Shown here: one piece after another, positions 57,010 through 64,000 of the stretch
Numbering within the stretch: position 1 is the first letter of the stretch
How the letters are laid out: every line of letters begins with the position of its first letter
Made by a program: the position numbers and the translations under genes
Source: Aplysia californica
Lineage: Eukaryota
Assembly: GCF_000002075.1 (NCBI RefSeq)
Contig: NW_004797445.1
Coordinates: forward strand, 446,507-510,506
Reading direction: 5' to 3'
DNA: 64,000 bases
Notes under the pieces: model-generated
The model's input: only the letters and a program-made list of their open reading frames with translations
Database searches by the model: none
Told to the model about the DNA's origin: nothing

Positions 57010-60000
57010 TTAGTAGACTCCTCCTCCCAAGTCACAGTCCACATCACGATGGACTTGTCGACAATAAAGAGAAGTCACCCTGGGAACGTCGAAAGGAGTT
57101 ATCCTCTCGTGAAGAGGCCTCAGTCTCTGACGCATGAATCGCTCCGATTCTATTGCCTCATGGTAATACCTGGGAATGAATATGTGAGATATAAAGATAA
57201 GGACTCTTCTTTTTCTAAAACAGTAGCCTTGCTATTGATTCCTTTTTTTTCATTTTAAAATTTAAAACTTTAAAAATTAAAATACGCACATCTTGAAACA
57301 TACATGTCAGTGGCCAATGTCAGTTTTATATTTATGTTAACATTGACTCAACAGCTGAATGGATTGTTCACTCATGCTATAACTAAGACTTTCATCTAAA
57401 AGCAAGTGAAGTATTCAAGGAAATTAATTGTGTTATTAGAAAAACGTGTCTCTTTAACTTTAAGTTTTCAGAGAAGTGCTAGCACCACTGGTTGGTCCTT
57501 CTTTATTTTTCCTCTGTTGTTTCTGTCTGTCTTATGTTTTCCCAGCACTAAATGGCCATTATTCTGTCGATGTGCTTCTCTTTACTCAAACAAATAAACA
57601 GTAATGTTCAAGTGAACACAGAACTAAGAAAATTCAAAGATGAGACTGAAGTAGTACAGTGGAGCTCAGATTCAACGAGAACTCGGATTCAATGAAAGGA
57701 GATGGGTTCCCTGTATTTTTTCTTCTTTAAAATCAATAAAAATAACCCGGATTCAATGAACACTTAAATCAGCAAGCTCGGATGCAACGAGGTTGCTTTC
57801 AGGGTGAACAGCCCCCTCAGACGGTTTTTCTCCCCTAACGAACTTTATCTCTTTCCCAGAAACCATCCATTGCACCATTATTCACTTAACTGATTGCATG
57901 CCACCAATCGGCGCCTTCTTTCATACCAACACACACATTGTTAGCAAGCGCATGTGTCCACTCTAGCGTGTGACTGTGTGTGCGTGCCGGGAGGTAGGGG
58001 GTACCCTCGGTCGGGGCGTGGAACGTCGCAGAAATAAACGCGTCCGTCTTTTTTCCCCCCCTGGAACTGGTCATTACTACAATTACAATAATAAGCTAGT
58101 CTTGACATAGATCTACGTGCACTGGTCAATGGAATCAAAAGTTACCGTATGCTAGGCTCTACACAGCAACACAACTTTTTGGCAAACAATCGAGATGATA
58201 TAGGCATGCATTTAAACGAATCTTTTTTTTTTTTTGCACAGCTCATAATATGCAGGCATTTCAGGCACCACTTGTTACATCTCTGTATACATTACTTGCT
58301 CAGTGCCTGTAATTATCTACACAAAACTTCATGTTTGCTATAACAAACACTCGGTTTCAGCGAGATTTTAGGTCAGGCCTGGTGTGAATCCGAGGTCCAC
58401 TGAAGTAGACTTGAAACATTAAAAGTAAAGAGGACAATATTCTATCAGCACAACGGTTTACCTGTTTGTTCCATTTCTGAGTTTTGAAACTAGTGCTGAT
58501 ATGGAATGATTCCAAATCACACCCCAACTTCTCCAATGGTTACAGGAACCACTTTTTTACCTCAAAATTTTAGGTTAAGATACAAATTTCTGTCTCTTTC
58601 GACTTGTTTTAATGTCATGTAAATTGACAATTGCTCATGAGGTCTGACAGTTCAATGAACCAGACAATTTCTTCTGTCTGAATGTCATCTCAACACACAC
58701 AAATCACTTACCCATAGTATTCTCCTCGTGGGGCACGAGCGGGCTGCATCCAGCTATCGGCTTTTGGCCATCGGTTCAAGAAAACATCTCTTGGAGGCAT
58801 GCCATTGATGTGACGAGTGTAACCATCCAGTCGCACAGCAGGCACGCCGGATGGTTGTGTGCCGATGGAGTGTCCGTAGTAGCCTGTGGCCAGAGGAGGA
58901 TATTTTTAGTATGTTCTTTTTTGTGATACACATACAGAACTTTCAGGTTTTAAAATGATTAGAGCCAAATTGTCTTTAACCCTATCCGTATGCCCTGGGG
59001 TCATTTTGTACCCCCGGAGTTGTATTCTTCTCATTTTAGAATACTTCTAGAGCGAAGATCTCTGTGAAACTTTCAGTATTTCTCAAAAAATCATTTGATA
59101 GTCTGCTATGCAAAGCGTACGGATCGGATTAACGAGTAAAATTCCTCTTTAGAAAGTGGTGGCACCGAGTTCCCCCACGTCGTATGGATATGATAGTAAA
59201 ACACGACGTATGGATAGGGTTAAGGGGCTCTTGGGGCACTGTGCTCATCTCTCATTCAAAAGGTCCAAATATTGAGACCTGACAGTGATGAAAAAACTTT
59301 CTTCTTTTAAAAATTTTATTCTAAAAATTTTCTCCTTTGACCTATTTTCCAGTTCTCTAGTCCTGTTCTATCATCTGCTTTCATCTTCCCTTTCTCCCTC
59401 TCATCCCTTGCTTCCTCTGGGCCCTCTACTTTACTCCTGATTCTTTTTACTGCCTCTCCTAGCTTCTTCTTTCTGCAGTCTTTCAACCACACCCCTGATC
59501 TTAGGGTAGGTAAGATTGAACACGTAGCCTTCTTGGATAAGGGCGAAAAATCATGGAGGTTCTGTGAGCAAATTGCACCTGCTAAGGATTCCTTGGTTGT
59601 CCTAAAATTGACAAGAGTAGGCATCGGCTGCAACACGGACAAAATTTGAACTATTCTTACCTAAATTGAAAATACTTTAGTCAATCTAAACAAAACGTAG
59701 AGTACCTTTGAAATTGGAAGGTGGCTACCTGAAACCAAGGGGCAATATAAAGTAAGAAAAATGGTCACTTATATATATATGCGTGTAGAAATTAGTTGCA
59801 CTGCCGCTTGAAGAACCCGCTGTCAACTACCTGTGAGATCATGTAAGGGAATGCCAAGAAGAAACATTATTTTTCTTGGCCTTTCTGAGTAAATGTCTGT
59901 CTCTATTGAGGGGGTTTCATTGACTTGCTGGGTGTCTACTGGAATTTTATTTCACCCTAAGAAAACAAAGTTAATTACAAAGTTCTATCTGACATTTTTG

Positions 60001-61377
60001 GTCGTTTTGAGTTACCAAGAGCATGAGGTCAGGAACCAAATGTGTCACAATGCAGTGGATTCAGGCACTCATCAGTTTGTGGGCAAGTGGAGTTATTGGT
60101 ATCATTTGAAAGCTTATTCGTATGCTTTGCTTTCCATGAAAAAATAATCATCTATCTTAAATGGAAGTCAAGATATTTTTGATTGAAAGAGTGGGGTTTC
60201 CTGGTTTCAGTGGTAAAATTAACAAAAAAATGGCTGCCAAAGTTTGGTGACTCCAATAGCTTGAGAGTCCTTGAAAATTGAAAAATTACACATTATTGTG
60301 TGCCGGTAAGCAACGTTTTTCACTTAAGTTCACATGGAAAAGTATTTTTAAAAAGGAAATATAGGTATGGAGCCCCCCCCCCCCCACCCCCCCCGAAAAA
60401 AAAAGGTAAAAATTGCCACGCTGGTGGGAAAAAAAATGCGTTTCTTCAATTTCATTACTTTGATGAGTGCCTGATTTCACCAAAATGCCTCACAAATGTT
60501 CTATCTGCTCTATAAAAATCACAAGATTATTCAGAGTCGTTATCAAGACATTCAAAGAACTGCATTTCAAAAAGCTTGATGTGTTGCGAAAATCAAAATT
60601 TTAAACTTCAAATTTGTCAAAACTTGGTACTGAGCAGATAGAACTTTGTAATTCTAGGGTAGTGAAGTGTCATTTCCTCATTCAAAGTTAAAGGTATAGA
60701 AATAAAGACCTCAAAGTGTGATTGCTCAGAAACAATTCCATGTGATCTTATCTGAAAAAAATCCAGGTATATGCCAAAAGTTGCCCTATCGAAAAAATGC
60801 TACTGCAATTAAAGGTTCAATAAGTCATTAGTTTGCAAAAGGAGACAACACGTTATTTACCAAGGTCTACAGACAGAAAGAAGCAAGCTCAGATACATGC
60901 ACATGTACATAAATCTCCTCAGAAAAAATATGAGGAATCAGTTTTTGATATTGTTTGACTGGCAAATTTCAACATACAGTAAATAGCAATACCTATAAGG
61001 GAAATCAATCAATTCGTCTGCAGACCTGTTCTTAAAAGTCCAGACATACTAACTGACATGCAGATATTCTATGCACGAATACACACAAGTATGTTTACTC
61101 AGAACAGGGATGAGGGTCAGTGTGAGATATTACCACTAGGCGTGTGCCTCTGACGATGATACTCTGTCCAGTTATCTTCCACATTAAAGCTGTTGCTGTT
61201 GGATCTGGTGAGACGAGGGTTGTAGCGAACAGACCTCAACTCTTGCCAGTCCGGGTAAACTGGGACATGATGGGGAGGGCTAGTCCATATGAGCGACTTG
61301 TCTTTGCCGTTGAGAAACACTTCTTTCTGTGGTAAATTCAGAGGCTTCTCGTACTTGGTGCCAAACTTGTCCGTCAT
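57010..61377 (-). CDS. Uncharacterised 191-aa Pro/Tyr/Arg-rich protein, three coding exons
   Basis: Exons 61377-61134 (acceptor at 61383 just upstream of the ATG, so an upstream exon exists), 58883-58712 and 57169-57010. All GT-AG, phases 1 and 2 match, 576 nt: MTDKFGTKYEKPLNLPQKEVFLNG...RHTPSG|YYGHSIGTQPSGVPAVRLDGYTRH...RAPRGEYYG|YYHEAIESERFMRQRL...DLGGGVY*. Confidence 0.85.
57657..58402. mobile_element. Tigger/pogo-type MITE in an intron of the 191-aa gene
   Basis: TA|cagtggagctcagattca...tgaatccgaggtccactg; subterminal cggattcaatga repeats. Confidence 0.8.
58980..59219. mobile_element. piggyBac-type MITE, inverted homologue of 5653-5909
   Basis: TTAA|ccctatccgtatg...cgtatggataggg|TTAA. 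Confidence 0.85.
59224..59760 (+). mobile_element. tRNA-headed SINE family B copy
   Basis: Starts ggggctc; body is reverse-complement homologous to 7290-7617; ends caaggggcaatataaag with an A-rich tail. Confidence 0.65.
59954..60660. mobile_element. Unclassified MITE with terminal and internal inverted repeats
   Basis: aattacaaagttctatctg (59973) versus cagatagaactttgtaatt (60635); internal tcaggcactcatca (60061) versus tgatgagtgcctga (60461). TSD unclear. Confidence 0.6.
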
Positions 61378-61462
61378 GATGCCTGAAAACCAACAATAAG
61401 AGGTTTGTTGAAAAATGTCAAATTTTGCATTTATTATTTCATGAAATTTTGAATTAAGATCT

Positions 61463-61640
61463 TGGGTGGTTGGCGGGTGCTCTGGTGCGGTTTGCTCCTT
61501 CTTTCCCATTAAACATCTATCCTCCTCATTACTTCTCTTTCGTTTTTGTGTTTGTTACTCTCTTGTAACACAATTTTTGGCACATGTTAAACGACCATAG
61601 GCCAATAGTGTTGCAAGCGCTATAAAACTCTTACTAAAAC
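61463..61640 (+). mobile_element. Retroposon 3'-tail family A copy
   Basis: Homologous to 29092-29266. Confidence 0.75.
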
Positions 61641-62132
61641 TAAACTGAATTAGGATCTTAAAAGTTTTGCTTCAGCTAAGTACTCAGAACTTGGATAATG
61701 CATCACTATTTGAATTTGTTTTAGTATTTATATAAGTAAGATCTGTTTCTGTTTCATATTCGTAATGTTTCCACTGACTAAAATTGATAATGATTGTGTT
61801 TTGTCACAAATCATTAGCTGCACAAAGTGGTGAGCTTTACACTATCCAAAGTAAGGCAACATATTTTCCTGTCCTCAGTTTTCCTTTTGACACTTTTTAA
61901 GCTTGTCAGTGACTGTTCAGTTCAGACCAGGAGAGTAACTGAATCGCAGGAGAAGCATCACAACATTTGAAGGATGTGATCAATATGATGTCATGCACCT
62001 TCTGGTTCTTTTATGAAATCAGTAAGAAGCTTGTAAAAATTAACAGAAAATATGTTTGATAGAGAAAATAGAGCAGTTCTTGAGATAGGTAAAAATATTC
62101 CCCCCCTCTCTGTAAAGGAGCAGTGTACAATA

Positions 62133-63338
62133 TACTCTTCAAAAAAAGAAACGCATAACCAAGTGCATGTGTTTTCGTGATAATAAAATGAGTAAAGACG
62201 AGGTTTTGTGCATGCTAGTTTTTTTCACACATATATAATTGTGATTTGTCATTTTGAACTTTTCCCAACAAATTTTATTGTCTACTCACAGGTAGGCGCA
62301 GCCTGAGCTGTTGAATTGTGTGATGGTTGAGTGTTAAAAAGCTCACAACTTGTCTAATTTTGTGAGCAGTCACACAAAATTTTGCGAGTGGGTTCATTCA
62401 CTGGGTGGGTATATAATGGGTGAAAAAAACTGGTTTCATCACTTGTCAGTTCAGCGATACACCATGCCACGACTAACGATAGAAGAGCAAAACCAGGCTA
62501 TCGGACGTTTGCAAGCCGGAGAAAGCCAAACTGATGTTGCCACACATTTCAACGTCTCACAGTCTAAAATCAGCCAACTTTTTGCAAGGTTTCAATTGTC
62601 CAACTCCACTTTCGATCAACTGAGAAGTGGACGACCAAAGGCAACAACTCGAGTCAAGGATCGCTTTATTCAGCTTCGCAACCTGTGGGATTGTTTTGTG
62701 CCTGCCCCTTCAACAGTACAAGTGCTTCGGAATGTCATCAGAATTTCCGACCAGACAGTACGCAACTAACTCCAAGAAAGAGGGCTCCCCGCATATCGAC
62801 CTGTTTTAAGGGACATAGTTGACGGACTGGCATCGCCAACAGCGACGACAATGAGACACTCAGCACATCAACTGGAGGCTAGGAACAATGTCCAGACACT
62901 CCCATGGCCTTCAAATTCACCGGACATGAATGCTATAGAACACATTTGGATAGACGTCTCCGGAACAGAGTTGTTGCCCCTGCCACTCCTGATGAACTGT
63001 TTGATGTTTGCCGCCTTGGATGAAGAGTGAAGGGCAATACCACTTCCCAACATTTGTCGTCTCATCGCCTCGATGCCTAGAAGATAACAAGCGGTACTCC
63101 AGTCCGCAGGAGGCCACACCCGGTACTGAATGGCCGTCCTTGGACGGACGGATTAGGCATCCAATTGTTTGTTCAAAATCAGTTCAACTTTGTTGATAAT
63201 CAATAAACAGTAATGAATAAAATTTCAAAATTTTATTTTCTTTCCTTCACTTATATCAAAAGCTATTCAGTGCTATAGATCTATATACGATTACACACGG
63301 TGGCCAATTTGGTTATGTGTTTCTTTTTTTGAACAGTA
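62133..63338 (+). mobile_element. Defective Tc1-family transposon with internal deletion
   Basis: TA TSD, TIR tactcttcaaaaaaagaaacgcataacc/ggttatgtgtttctttttttgaacagta. Transposase from ATG 62464 (MPRLTIEEQNQAIGRLQAG...RSGRPKATT...ISDQTVRN*), then a jump to LPWPSNSPDMNAIEHIW (the SPDLNPIE motif). Stops and frameshifts are present and the first two catalytic aspartate regions are missing. Confidence 0.92.
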
Positions 63339-64000
63339 TATTTGGAAATACGTCAGGATACACTGGAATTAAGTTTAACATCTTGAAACATTTTATTGAC
63401 TTGAAAAGGATACACTCTGTCTGTCTCTCTCTTATCTTTTGGACAAAAGAAGGTATAAGGCCTAGATCTAGATTCTAGATGAAGATTTACATTTTATTGC
63501 ATGCAGTAATTTCCATCAGACCCTATAAACTTAGCGAAAAAACCACCAGCTAAACTTAAACTCTATAATATTATTAATGGCGCTCAAATGACCTTATGCA
63601 GTTGAGAGTGCCGTAAAACCCTCTACTATAAAAAAAATAAATTAATATAATACCTAATAGAAATAATCAAATTGCTGACCTACTTTATTTTTGAAGAAGG
63701 GTTGATCGTAGTTTCTCCCACTTAAATTTTATATTAGAATCTATGCTGAAAACTGCCAGCAGTGTTGAACCTCCCCCCACCTGCAGAAAAAAATGATAGC
63801 CTACCCATAAAAGTGCTAAATACGTCATGCACATATGAGGACAATACGCAAAAAAAATAAATTCAACATGAATGTTAAGAATGAAAACAAACACTTGTGA
63901 AATTAGGAACTAGATCTAGATCTAGATCTAGAATCTGTATATTATTAATTTTACCTTCGCATTATTGGGCTTTTTGTTGGCTTCGGCGCACCGTTGCAAT

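Noticed and set aside
60045-60075. CACAATG as a Transib/RAG-like terminal heptamer
   Set aside because: No matching inverted heptamer at the other end, no 5-bp TSD and no transposase.

Overview
Eukaryotic (metazoan, probably invertebrate; the organism cannot be identified from sequence alone) genomic DNA with three assembly gaps (7963-8105, 13076-13912, 26135-26234). The centre holds a complete 31-exon RNA polymerase I second-largest subunit gene (POLR1B/RPA2, + strand, 20252-52576, 1134 aa by manual exon assembly). It sits head-to-head, 584 bp ATG to ATG, with an uncharacterised multi-exon gene for an acidic/basic low-complexity nuclear-type protein (- strand, 19667-9177). A second uncharacterised gene with three coding exons (191 aa, - strand, 61377-57010) converges on POLR1B from the right. 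At the left is an intact intronless 308-aa pogo/Tigger-derived ORF. It keeps the CENP-B-type DNA-binding domains and a C-terminal PCNA-binding PIP box but has lost the whole DDE catalytic core, making it the best candidate for a domesticated or repressor-type transposase gene. The rest is a dense, often nested set of non-autonomous transposons recognised from their own TIRs and TSDs: Tigger/pogo, Tc1, hAT, piggyBac, P-like, and a group of 9-bp-TSD MULE-like elements with asymmetric ends and palindromic subterminal arrays. tRNA-headed SINEs and LINE/SINE 3' tails are also present. No CRISPR array, rRNA or true tRNA gene was found.
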